A stretch of 64,000 nt of DNA from NCBI GenBank assembly GCA_045544195.1, contig JAZPYO010000022.1:12681-76680 (forward strand). Reading direction: 5' to 3'. Both the position numbers and the translations under genes were made by a program. Below the pieces are notes generated by a model. The model was given only the letters and a program-made list of their open reading frames with translations, was not told the origin of the DNA and searched no databases. This document shows, piece after piece, positions 36,462 through 45,826 of this stretch. Every line of letters starts with the position of its first letter. Within the stretch, counting starts at the first letter, position 1. The stretch is from Eubacteriales bacterium (GTDB taxonomy: Bacteria > Bacillota > Clostridia > Oscillospirales > CAG-272).

Positions 36462-39400
36462 TTATTTAACTGTAACCTTCATAGCTGTATACGGCGGAGT
36501 ATAGCTGTTTGTCATCGCTCCGTTTCCTATTACGGCTGATTTATTACAGCCTCTTACAACAACGTCACCGTCTGATGTGATATAAGCGGTATAATACGTT
36601 CCTGCCGATGCTGAAATACAGTCTGAAGCAATAAGAACAGGTGTGTTCTTCGTCTTTTTATCCTCTGATATCTGACCGTAGCCGTTGAGACCGAAGCCGT
36701 ATACGTTTCCGTTATCGGTAAGGTACACTATATGCTCATCCATAATTGAAGCACTTACAACACGGTTTGCTATCTTGTTCATCTTACCGTTGGAGTTACC
36801 TGCCGTAAAGGTAGATGTATCTCTCCAGCCGAAGTAATACAGAACGCCGCTCGTACTGATATACAGGGAATTGTGCTGTCCTGCATAGACACTCGACGCA
36901 TCGCTTGCGAGCTTATACGGCTCTTTGATGACCTCGGGTGCAGATGACGATATTTTGCTCCATCTGTTGTCACCGAGTGCATACAGTCCGCCGTCTGACG
37001 TAACGTAAAGTGTGTGACGTCTTCCTGCGGCAATATCGACAGCTCCTGTCGCTATCTTCGTTATCGTCGTTACCATTCCTGTGTAATTTTTCGTTCCGAG
37101 CTGTCCGTACGCGTTATTTCCGCATCCGTATACATCACCGTTTTCCGCAAGCAGCAGCAAATGGTCAAGACCTACGGCGATCTTTTTGAATTTCACGCTC
37201 GTCTCGATCTTTGCAAGAACTGTTTCATCTGACGTTCTGCCGAGCTGTCCTGCGACGTTTGAGCCTATTGTATAGACATCGCCGTTATCCGTAAGCACCG
37301 CGGTCATGGGGGTATCGCCCTCTGTACCGCCTCTGCTCATTTCTACCTGCTTTACACCCGTCATAACGAGCATGGGAGCGCGTATCGTTTTATCAACATC
37401 AATTCCGCATTGAGCTATATCGTTTTCACCCCATGCGTAAAGATCACCGTTTCCGTCAAGAACAAATATACTGCGTGAGCCTGCTGTAACTGCGGGTACT
37501 ATCTTATAATCGCTCTTGGTTACAAGGCCTATGACTGTTATTCTGTCCGTAATATTGACCTTTACAGTCTGCGTTGAATAAACGGTTTCCTTTCCGCCGT
37601 CTGTCACCGTCTTTATACCGTTCAGAACATATCCTGACTTAGGAACGATCTTTATAGTGACACTTGAATTTTCATCCAATATCTCGCTGTAGCCCGTTTT
37701 TGTTATTTGCTTACCGTTGATATACAGATCCGCTTTTGAAAGATCGAGTGAAACGCTGAGCTTGCTCGGTTGAATACCGAAATAATTGTTCATTGTTTCA
37801 ATTGCATATTTCGGGCGTTGCTTAAGGAAGGTACGGAGAGTATTTATCTGCGAATTCCATCTGCTCACAGAGCCGCCGTCGCCCGGCCAGCGATTGAAAT
37901 GAAGCGGCATTATCGGCTCAATAGCCTTTGCATACTCATCAAGAACAGGCGATGTCTTTTCGTATGTGAAAAGATTTTCAACAGCATATGTAAACCGTGC
38001 AATAAACGAGTCCTTAAAATCGGGGTTTTCAAGCAATGCACACATCATACTGCCCGCAACTGTATTATAGTTAAGAGCCTGTGCAAACATATCCGTTGTA
38101 TATTCGCATCCGAGTCCCATACCTGAGTCCATATCGCTCATAACGTAACGCCATTTCGTATCAAGCCCCGACGGGTCGGAGTTTGATTTATTACGCCATA
38201 CCTTGACATTATTTGACGGCCAGTCGGTATTGCCGAAATACATACTGCATACGAAGAAATCAACGAAGCTGTCAAGATCTATTCTGTCAGAAACGTATTT
38301 GAAATACGTGGAATTGGAAAGATCGTGGGAAAGCATATAGTTGACAAGGTCGTGGAATACCTTTTCATCTCCCTCAACACCCTCGTTGAGCTGATACGGC
38401 TCATTTACCGACCAGTTTGTAGTAAGAGGCGACGGTGCTTCGAGAATAACGAGGTTTTCTTCAAGAACGCCGTAGTGCTCTTCAAAATATTTTGTATCGT
38501 ATCTTTCTCTTATGTTGTATACGCCCCAGAATTCACCGTTTACAAACAACAGCGACGGGCGGTATGCCATCGTGCTTGCATTAGTTCCAACGCACAGCGC
38601 CTGCATAAGAGCATCTCTCAGATGCGTTACGCTGGAATCGTTACCCGAATTTCTCAAAAGAATACGCTTGAACTCGGTAACATTATCCTGTGCGCGTCCG
38701 TGGAAAATATCATATCGCAGCTTTGACGGATTATTCACAACACTTGTATCAGCGTCTGCTTTGAAGTAGACACGCATTGATTTTGATGCCATACCCAAAG
38801 AGCCGTTACCGTTCATAGCTATCTCAACATATGACGAGGAAACGAGCGTTCCGTCAGATTCGAACATTTCAAGATAGGATGTCCGTCTTTCCTTCTGTCC
38901 AAACGGATTGTCCATTACAGTATGGTAAATACCTCTGCTGTCGCTTACAAAATCATCAGCAGGCAAGCTGAGCGACACGAACGGAACATTATACGTTTCA
39001 GCGCAGTCAGGAATTATAAAGTAGGAATTTGTAACAACATTTGATGATTCCTTACCGTTTGTTGCATACGCCTTGAAAACATGCGCGCCGATAGAATTCC
39101 TTGACGGCATAGCGGTATTATTCAGTACTGAGTTCTTATTCGTAAGATATCCCCACGTTTTAGAGTTTGTAAGAATGAGCGGTATTCCGCCTGTATAAAG
39201 TCTGCCGTTTTTTCTGGGGTCTGACCCATCGCGTGTATAATATATCTTATATCCTTCAGCAGCGGACATCGTAAGAGTAAACGTCGAATCGTAAAATCCG
39301 CTTGCATGAGAAAACTCGACCACGTTTGCGAACGCTGACAGGTATGTATTTCTGTCGCCGCCCGAATACTGCGGCCTTACATCTGTAATGTCAGACGGCG

Positions 39401-40259
39401 TCATTTGTGAATAATCTACCGTTTTAAATGTGGAAGATATCGTGTTTTCGCATCTGTATGCTGCCTTTTGCTTTGAAAGTCCGGAAATAACGTTACGGTC
39501 GGAATTATCAGTAGCGGCGGCTGCAATATAATATGCGTGCACCTTGGCGCTTTTGGATAGATCATCGGTTGCTGAAAGTGACGAGCTTTTATCCGTTATC
39601 GCCAGCTTTACCGTTTTGTTATCAATAACGATGTTCCATTCCGTATCGTAGTGATCGATACGCATAACTTCGTACTTACTTTCGTATTTTTCGCCGTTTT
39701 TCCCCTTCGCCTCAGCGCATCTGATAAGATATCTGCCGTAAGCAGCTATTTTCGCGCCGCTCGGAAACTGCATTTTCACATAGCCTGCATCGCCGCCTGT
39801 CATATAAGATATGGCAAGTGCATCCAATGCTATCTCTTTATCCGAGATATTGTAAAGCTCTATAAAGCTGTGCTTTATCGGTGTGTCGGTATTGTAGCCC
39901 GTACCGTATATCTGCTTGAATACAACGTTTTTGTACGAAGCTTCATCAGGCTTTTCAATTTCGGGATAAGTAACCTCAGGCGGTGTCTGTGTTTGTGTGC
40001 TGCCCTGAGTTGTGCTGCCCGTCTGTGATGAACCGTCGGTATCGGCATCGGTAGGTACATCCGTCGGTGTATCTGACGGCATATTCGTCTGTTGATCCGC
40101 ATTATGTGTGCTGTCACCGTCTGTGGCGGCATTGTCGGTATCCTCAATCGGAGTCGTTACATTAACAAGTGTTGTGCTCTGAGTGTCATTACCGCCATTG
40201 CACGCCACGAAAGAAAACAGCATAAATGCAGCAAGCATAAGGGATAAAAATTTTTTCAC
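36462..40259 (-). CDS. 1265-aa lipoprotein: lamin-tail domain, chitobiase-C/FN3-associated Ig-like domain, CotH kinase, RCC1 repeats
   Basis: Lipobox FSFVAC; T/D-rich linker; FIELYN (LTD); IYYTRDGSDP; CotH LRNSGND, GVYNIRER, NTDWPSNN, WRYVMSDMD; RCC1 G.LYAWGEN..Q.G, IAVGLDH, IAAGRRH. Confidence 0.85.
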   Translation of the reverse strand: MKKFLSLMLAAFMLFSFVACNGGNDTQSTTLVNVTTPIEDTDNAATDGDSTHNADQQTNMPSDTPTDVPTDADTDGSSQTGSTTQGSTQTQTPPEVTYPEIEKPDEASYKNVVFKQIYGTGYNTDTPIKHSFIELYNISDKEIALDALAISYMTGGDAGYVKMQFPSGAKIAAYGRYLIRCAEAKGKNGEKYESKYEVMRIDHYDTEWNIVIDNKTVKLAITDKSSSLSATDDLSKSAKVHAYYIAAAATDNSDRNVISGLSKQKAAYRCENTISSTFKTVDYSQMTPSDITDVRPQYSGGDRNTYLSAFANVVEFSHASGFYDSTFTLTMSAAEGYKIYYTRDGSDPRKNGRLYTGGIPLILTNSKTWGYLTNKNSVLNNTAMPSRNSIGAHVFKAYATNGKESSNVVTNSYFIIPDCAETYNVPFVSLSLPADDFVSDSRGIYHTVMDNPFGQKERRTSYLEMFESDGTLVSSSYVEIAMNGNGSLGMASKSMRVYFKADADTSVVNNPSKLRYDIFHGRAQDNVTEFKRILLRNSGNDSSVTHLRDALMQALCVGTNASTMAYRPSLLFVNGEFWGVYNIRERYDTKYFEEHYGVLEENLVILEAPSPLTTNWSVNEPYQLNEGVEGDEKVFHDLVNYMLSHDLSNSTYFKYVSDRIDLDSFVDFFVCSMYFGNTDWPSNNVKVWRNKSNSDPSGLDTKWRYVMSDMDSGMGLGCEYTTDMFAQALNYNTVAGSMMCALLENPDFKDSFIARFTYAVENLFTYEKTSPVLDEYAKAIEPIMPLHFNRWPGDGGSVSRWNSQINTLRTFLKQRPKYAIETMNNYFGIQPSKLSVSLDLSKADLYINGKQITKTGYSEILDENSSVTIKIVPKSGYVLNGIKTVTDGGKETVYSTQTVKVNITDRITVIGLVTKSDYKIVPAVTAGSRSIFVLDGNGDLYAWGENDIAQCGIDVDKTIRAPMLVMTGVKQVEMSRGGTEGDTPMTAVLTDNGDVYTIGSNVAGQLGRTSDETVLAKIETSVKFKKIAVGLDHLLLLAENGDVYGCGNNAYGQLGTKNYTGMVTTITKIATGAVDIAAGRRHTLYVTSDGGLYALGDNRWSKISSSAPEVIKEPYKLASDASSVYAGQHNSLYISTSGVLYYFGWRDTSTFTAGNSNGKMNKIANRVVSASIMDEHIVYLTDNGNVYGFGLNGYGQISEDKKTKNTPVLIASDCISASAGTYYTAYITSDGDVVVRGCNKSAVIGNGAMTNSYTPPYTAMKVTVK

Positions 40260-40279
40260 GTGCCTTCTCCTTTATTTTA

Positions 40280-41242
40280 TTATGCCGCAACGTACTGCTC
40301 AGACGTAATAGTAAATACATCCTCAAGACCGTCGCTTACATATATATATCTGTCTTTTGTGATAATTATTGCTTCGTAGTCAAAAACATTTTTTTCGTAA
40401 AATTCAAGTGACTGTTCAAGCCCCATTACAAAAAGCGCGGTGGAAAGCGCGTCAGCTAAAGCTCCGTCGTTGCTGTACACCATAACGCTCGCAATTCCGT
40501 TGTCGGTCGGCATACCGCTTTGCGGGTCGATTATGTGGTGGTACCGTTTTCCGTCAAGCTCAAAATATCTTTCGTAATCGCCTGAGACCGAAATATATCC
40601 GCTGTCTGCCTTAAGCTGACCTACGGTTTTATCCGTATTCAAGGGATCCTTCAAGGCAATATTCCATTTTTCGCCGTTCGTTTTCGGACCAACTAAGGCG
40701 ATATTTCCGCCAAAGCTTATAAAGCCCGTATTGATATTTTGTCCGTGCAGATATTCAACGCATTTCTGCGCGATATACCCTTTTGCAATACCGCCAAGAT
40801 CCACGCTTACCGAATTCAGCATAATTTGTCCGTTTTGGAGCTTCAACTTACCGTATCCGCTCGAAGCCAAAGCATTTTTTATGCTTTCGCTATCGGGAAC
40901 CTTCGCATTTTCGCTTTTGAAATCCCATAACGACATAATGCTTCCCACAGTTACGTCAAAAGCGCCGCCCGTGCTTTCTGATATCTGAACGGATCGCTCA
41001 ATAAGCTCATAAAGCTCGGTTGATACTGTTTGCTCAACACCCAAATTGAGATTATACAGCTCTCCGCCCTCATATGTTTTTGACAGTTTTTTTTCAAAAG
41101 TGCTTATATAGTCATCAAGCCCTGAATGCTTACCGACGGGCAGATTTGTCTGAATATACGTATCAAGTGCAAAATATGTATTCTGCTCGTATTTTTGCGT
41201 GCAGGAGCTGAACAAAACTGCCGTCAGCATTATCAAGCACAT
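40280..41242 (-). CDS. apbE: FAD:protein FMN transferase (ApbE) lipoprotein
   Basis: FDVTVG, VDLGGIAKGY, SFGGN, SVSGDYERYF, YHHIIDP..G.P, ADALSTALF; start 41242 overlaps the upstream stop (TGATG); lipobox LFSSC. Confidence 0.93.
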   Translation of the reverse strand: MCLIMLTAVLFSSCTQKYEQNTYFALDTYIQTNLPVGKHSGLDDYISTFEKKLSKTYEGGELYNLNLGVEQTVSTELYELIERSVQISESTGGAFDVTVGSIMSLWDFKSENAKVPDSESIKNALASSGYGKLKLQNGQIMLNSVSVDLGGIAKGYIAQKCVEYLHGQNINTGFISFGGNIALVGPKTNGEKWNIALKDPLNTDKTVGQLKADSGYISVSGDYERYFELDGKRYHHIIDPQSGMPTDNGIASVMVYSNDGALADALSTALFVMGLEQSLEFYEKNVFDYEAIIITKDRYIYVSDGLEDVFTITSEQYVAA

Positions 41243-41760
41243 CAGGCTTTTCTTTTTGTTATATCGGGTAAAAAACAAAGTATTCCTCCAATAATTCCCC
41301 CGCAGATAACGGAAGACAGTAACAGAAACGGCAGATATCTTACCACCGCAAGCGTACCGAACATTGCGCAACAGACCGCTATCTGCCCAAAATTATGGCA
41401 TGCTGCACCGATCACACATACGCCTATGAATGACACTCGGCTTTTTGCGATTTTTTTCAGCAATACAGACGATGCTAAAGAAAGCAGCCCTCCGCACAAG
41501 GAAAATGCAAATGACGTCACAGAGCCGAAAATAAGCGATGCTATCACACATCTGCAAACCGTTACCGAAAACGCCTCTTTTTCTCCTATGTAGTACAAAA
41601 CGTATACGCTTACTACATTTGCTAAGCCGAGCTTTATACCGGGGAGTGGTATAAACGCCTGCAAAGGAATCAGTGCCTCAAGAATATTGCAGGCAAGTGC
41701 CAAAGCGGTAAAAATGCCGCAAAGGGCAAGTGTCCTTGTCTTTTTATCCTGCAAGCGCAT
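41242..41760 (-). CDS. Gx transporter family / heptaprenyl-PP synthase component I-like membrane protein
   Basis: LPGIKLGLAN, FSLCGGLLS, HNFGQ motifs; adjacent to NusG-II and apbE. Confidence 0.88.
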   Translation of the reverse strand: MRLQDKKTRTLALCGIFTALALACNILEALIPLQAFIPLPGIKLGLANVVSVYVLYYIGEKEAFSVTVCRCVIASLIFGSVTSFAFSLCGGLLSLASSVLLKKIAKSRVSFIGVCVIGAACHNFGQIAVCCAMFGTLAVVRYLPFLLLSSVICGGIIGGILCFLPDITKRKA

Positions 41761-42112
41761 CAGCCCCTCCGTTCGATATCTGTATTACTACGCGGGCAGG
41801 CAGGCAGACTATGCATCCGCTGTTGCTTATAGGCGGAGTTTTTCTGCACAGCTTGTCCCTGCAGGTTGAACTTTCAACATAAACCTCACCGTTTTCAATA
41901 ACAACGGTAAGTGTTATTCCGTTTTCCTCGAGCGTTATACGCCTGTCCTCATTAAGAAAATAAACGTACGACGCTTTGTCGGTCTTTATATTTACTTTAT
42001 CTGCGCTCTTTTCTATCGGAATAAAAAAGGTGACGGCAGCTATTATCAATACAATAAAAATGGCGAAAACATCGCCTTTTTTTATTTTCAAAGCCACGAT
42101 GTCTTCGCCCAT
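41744..42112 (-). CDS. NusG domain II-containing (DUF1312-like) membrane-anchored protein
   Basis: KKGD..I...TM; IENGEVYVESSTCRDKLC....I...GCIVCLPARVVIQI. Confidence 0.88.
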   Translation of the reverse strand: MGEDIVALKIKKGDVFAIFIVLIIAAVTFFIPIEKSADKVNIKTDKASYVYFLNEDRRITLEENGITLTVVIENGEVYVESSTCRDKLCRKTPPISNSGCIVCLPARVVIQISNGGADALAG

Positions 42113-42130
42113 ACGTAATTTCCTGCCTTA

Positions 42131-43252
42131 TCACGCATCAACATTGACGCCAATATTTACATATCTTTCGTTTCTGTATACAAGCAGAGAAACGGTCTGT
42201 CCGTTATGATCCTTTAAAAGACTGTCAAGAGTATCAGCATCCTTAACAGCAGAGCTATCTACTCCTATTATTATATCATTTGTCAAAAGTCCTGCTTTTG
42301 CCCCTGTTGACTCCCCATCGCACTTTATGACCAAAAGACCGCCGGGTAAGCCGAATTTTTCACTTTCGTCATCTGACACGGACACAACTGATATACCGAG
42401 CACATCAACACTTGATGCATTACAGCTAACGCTTCCCGAAAGCGCATCACGAACATACCTGCGTATAAACGGTAATGCATCCGACGATGACATAACATCG
42501 GCAAAGCTTCCGTGACCGCCTGTTACTATTCCGACAACATGACCGTTTGAATTGAACACTGCCGCACCGTACATACAGTTATCAAACTGTATGCCCTTTA
42601 TACCGAATGAGCCGTGACCGTCAAAATCAATATTGCCTTTAAAAACCATGTCCTTGCCGTTCTTACGGTACGCAAGATATATATCGGAATTTTTTACAAG
42701 CGCTTCGCTTCTGCCAAATTCAACAGAGCTTGTTTTTACCGAATCTATTTTCAGCACGGCAAGCCCCTGATCCTCATCCATTCCGACAAAATGCGCATCG
42801 TATTCGCCGTTAACGGTCAATTTGCCGTTTTTAAGCTCACTGCTCGACGATGTCAGTATATATCCGTCCGATGTTATAACAACGCCGGAAAGCTGATGAC
42901 CGGTTGATGATGATATCTGAACAACGTTTTCAGACACGCTGTCATATTCTCCGACAGAAAGTCCGAGCGCATCGGACGATGCTGTGCTTGCAACAGCGCC
43001 GTCATTCCCCTTGCCGTGATACGCAGTCGTTATTATACACGCCACAAATGCAACACTCGCGCAAACAACGCAAACGGTAAACGCAATAGCGATACCGAAT
43101 ATCAGCGTGAGCTTGAAGTTTTTTTCACGCTGCTGCTGTTTTTTCTGCACAAGTCTGTCATACTCCTGCTTATATCGCAGACTGCCGAACGAGGATACAT
43201 CATAGTCACTATTCTCTTTTTCGGTGATAACTTCGTTTTTCTCAGTTCTCAA
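42131..43252 (-). CDS. HtrA/S1C-like trypsin fold + PDZ, membrane-anchored, catalytically degenerate
   Basis: TM helix; SGVVITSDGYILT, LAVLKID, EFG.S, G.VVGI; PDZ LGISVV...GLLV...AKAGL..NDII..VD; triad residues replaced; TTG start. Confidence 0.8.
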   Translation of the reverse strand: MRTEKNEVITEKENSDYDVSSFGSLRYKQEYDRLVQKKQQQREKNFKLTLIFGIAIAFTVCVVCASVAFVACIITTAYHGKGNDGAVASTASSDALGLSVGEYDSVSENVVQISSSTGHQLSGVVITSDGYILTSSSSELKNGKLTVNGEYDAHFVGMDEDQGLAVLKIDSVKTSSVEFGRSEALVKNSDIYLAYRKNGKDMVFKGNIDFDGHGSFGIKGIQFDNCMYGAAVFNSNGHVVGIVTGGHGSFADVMSSSDALPFIRRYVRDALSGSVSCNASSVDVLGISVVSVSDDESEKFGLPGGLLVIKCDGESTGAKAGLLTNDIIIGVDSSAVKDADTLDSLLKDHNGQTVSLLVYRNERYVNIGVNVDA

Positions 43253-43338
43253 TGCATAACCCTCTTAAATATAATTGCCTACGCTATAAGTATAGCCTTT
43301 TTCTTTTAATAAATCTTTGTGCGACTCCTAAAGTAATT

Positions 43339-44865
43339 TTAATTTTTTTCGTCAGTTTGTAAATTATTTTGTTTATCGTTCTTTCTCAGCGACGGAAGTC
43401 TTACCTCAACGCCTTCCTTTGCAGATGTCAGTGTAAACACAAATTCACAGTATTCCTTATATACGCTATCTACCCATATTTCTTCGCCGTGGGCATCTAT
43501 TATCGTCTTGACGATATAAAGTCCGAGTCCTACGCCTGTTTTATCAAGCCCTCTGCTCTTGTCGCTCTTATAAAATCTGTCAAATACGTTAGGCATCTCA
43601 TCCTTTGCTATACCGGGACCTTCATTATATACAGAAACGAATACCTTTTTGTCCTTTTCAATTATCTTCACAAGGTATTTTCCCTTTTCATAAGAGAATT
43701 TCTGAGCGTTCTGGCAGATATTATACAGCACCTGATGTATTGCATCCTTATCGGCAAATACAGTCATATTATCTCTGTCGCATTCAAACATAACATCGAG
43801 CTTTTTGGCATCGAGCTGCTGTTCTAAAGAAATTATGATCTCGCGCGCCATTTCGCATATATCAAAATTCTCTTTTACTATTTTTCGGTCTCCCGCCTGC
43901 AAGCGCGAAATATCGAGAAGCGATGACACAAGGCGCGACAAGCGCTTTACCTCAGTAAATACTATTTGCAGATAATGCTCGTGCTTTTCGGGCGGTATCG
44001 CGCCGTTGAGCATTCCCTCAACAAATCCCGAAATCACCGTCATCGGAGTACGCAGATCGTGCGATACGCTGGCAAGAAAGCCCTTTCTCAGCTCTTCGTT
44101 TTTTTGCAAAGTATTAGCCATATTATTGAATGCTCCTGCAAGCTCTGCAACCTCATCGTTACCCGAAATTTCCACACGCGCATTGAAGTTACCCTGCGAA
44201 AACTCCTTTGCAGCCTTGCTCATCAGCTTAAGAGGCAATATTATTCTACCCGATATAAAATATATGGCTATCAGGGATGCAAGCATTACCCACAGTACAG
44301 AAACGATCACCGCTTTTATCGTTTTGCTTACTAAATTACCGAATCTTGCGTTTTCACTGCAAACGAAAACAGATCCGACCATCTCCCCGTCAGTACCGTT
44401 TATACTCTTCGCGCACGATAAATGCTTTTTGGCAAAAAAGCCGTCCATCGTTGCATATTCACCGTACTGACCGTCATTTTCAAGGCTGAATAAAACGTTA
44501 TCGGGAATGACGTTCGCCATATCGGACGGAGTATTCGCGGTGAGCAATACCGTACCGTTTTCATCTGTTATAAAAACGGACATCTCCTCTCCTAAAGAAG
44601 CGGAAACGGTATCAAGAACTGTCGAAACGTCATTGCTTACGTTTTCATAATATACAAATTTCCCGAAGTCCGACGTTGAGGATTCAGAATATGCGTTTTC
44701 CAGAAATACACCCAGAGCATCAGCGGCATCTTCGATCGAATCCCGTTTCATACTTTGAGATGTATTGATCGAATTTGAAACGAGGATCAATGACAAAACG
44801 GTAAAGCTTATCAGAATAATAAGCATTACCACAAATACGAATTTTGTAAATACGCTTTTAAACAT
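43339..44865 (-). CDS. Sensor histidine kinase (TM-sensor-TM-HAMP-HisKA-HATPase)
   Basis: DEVAELAGAFNNM (HAMP), SVSHDLRTPM (H box), NICQNAQKF, VYNEGPGI, RFYKSDKSR, GVGLGLYIV. Confidence 0.96.
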   Translation of the reverse strand: MFKSVFTKFVFVVMLIILISFTVLSLILVSNSINTSQSMKRDSIEDAADALGVFLENAYSESSTSDFGKFVYYENVSNDVSTVLDTVSASLGEEMSVFITDENGTVLLTANTPSDMANVIPDNVLFSLENDGQYGEYATMDGFFAKKHLSCAKSINGTDGEMVGSVFVCSENARFGNLVSKTIKAVIVSVLWVMLASLIAIYFISGRIILPLKLMSKAAKEFSQGNFNARVEISGNDEVAELAGAFNNMANTLQKNEELRKGFLASVSHDLRTPMTVISGFVEGMLNGAIPPEKHEHYLQIVFTEVKRLSRLVSSLLDISRLQAGDRKIVKENFDICEMAREIIISLEQQLDAKKLDVMFECDRDNMTVFADKDAIHQVLYNICQNAQKFSYEKGKYLVKIIEKDKKVFVSVYNEGPGIAKDEMPNVFDRFYKSDKSRGLDKTGVGLGLYIVKTIIDAHGEEIWVDSVYKEYCEFVFTLTSAKEGVEVRLPSLRKNDKQNNLQTDEKN

Positions 44866-44885
44866 TATTTTATTCCTTAAACAAT

Positions 44886-44928
44886 AAAGGGCATGCGCAA
44901 TACCACACGGAACTGCACATGCGCCTTT
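44886..44928 (-). other. Stem-loop between the response regulator and kinase genes
   Basis: On the minus strand GCATGTGCA pairs with TGCGCATGC (one G-U), flanked by AAAGG/CCTTT. Confidence 0.55.
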
Positions 44929-44945
44929 TTAAATGATCGTTTTAA

Positions 44946-45638
44946 TTACTGAAGAAGCTCAAACTTGTAGCCGACGCCCCAAACGGTCTTAAGGACCCAT
45001 TTATCAGAAACGCCCTCGAGCTTTTCGCGCAGACGCTTAACGTGAACGTCAACGGTTCTGGAGTCTCCGAGATAATCAAAGCCCCATACCTTATCAAGAA
45101 GCTGGTCTCTTGTAAATACTCTGTTGTAGTTTGATGCAAGGAAATAAAGCAATTCAAGCTCCTTGGGAGGAATGTCAACGCTCTTACCCTTGAGCTTAAG
45201 CTCGTACTTCTGCAAGGAGATCTCAATATTTTCAAACTTGATTATTTCGTCATCATTCTGGCTTTCGTGAGAATTGCAGCGTCTGAGGACTGCCTTTATG
45301 CGAACCGCAAGCTCCTTCATATCAAAGGGCTTTACAACAAAATCGTCAGCTCCCATTTCAAGACCGAGAACCTTGTCAAAAACCTCACCCTTAGCTGTCA
45401 CCATAATAATGGGCTTTGAGGATACCTCTCTTATTTCTCTGCAAACTGCCCAGCCGTCCTTTTTGGGAAGCATAATGTCGAGCAAAACAAGATCAGGCTC
45501 ATACAGCTTGAAATAATTCACGCCCTCAACACCGTCATTTGCTACCTTTATTTCATATCCTTCGCTTTCAAAGTGCAAGCGGAGCGCCTCACATATATTG
45601 AGGTCATCATCAACTATAAGTATTTTTGTTCCTATCAT
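44946..45638 (-). CDS. OmpR/PhoB-family response regulator
   Basis: ILIVDDD, LLDIMLP, LEMGADDFVVKPF, FTRDQLLDKVWG, RTVDVHVKRLREK, TVWGVGYKF. Confidence 0.97.
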   Translation of the reverse strand: MIGTKILIVDDDLNICEALRLHFESEGYEIKVANDGVEGVNYFKLYEPDLVLLDIMLPKKDGWAVCREIREVSSKPIIMVTAKGEVFDKVLGLEMGADDFVVKPFDMKELAVRIKAVLRRCNSHESQNDDEIIKFENIEISLQKYELKLKGKSVDIPPKELELLYFLASNYNRVFTRDQLLDKVWGFDYLGDSRTVDVHVKRLREKLEGVSDKWVLKTVWGVGYKFELLQ

Positions 45639-45826
45639 TTTAAATTCCTCCTGTTTATGTTCATGAATATTAATTTCGTTAAATTTTTATCTAAATTCAT
45701 TATATAACAGTGCAAATATACTATGGTTACAATTTTGTAAACAAATATAATACAAAATATTAATTATGTGCAATTTGCTTAAATTCAACTGAAATTGAGA
45801 AATCATAAGTGATATTTTACATAAGA

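Noticed and set aside
40537-40546. T-box-like GGTGGTACCG
   Set aside because: Lies antisense within apbE codons for RYHH; no specifier stem or terminator context.
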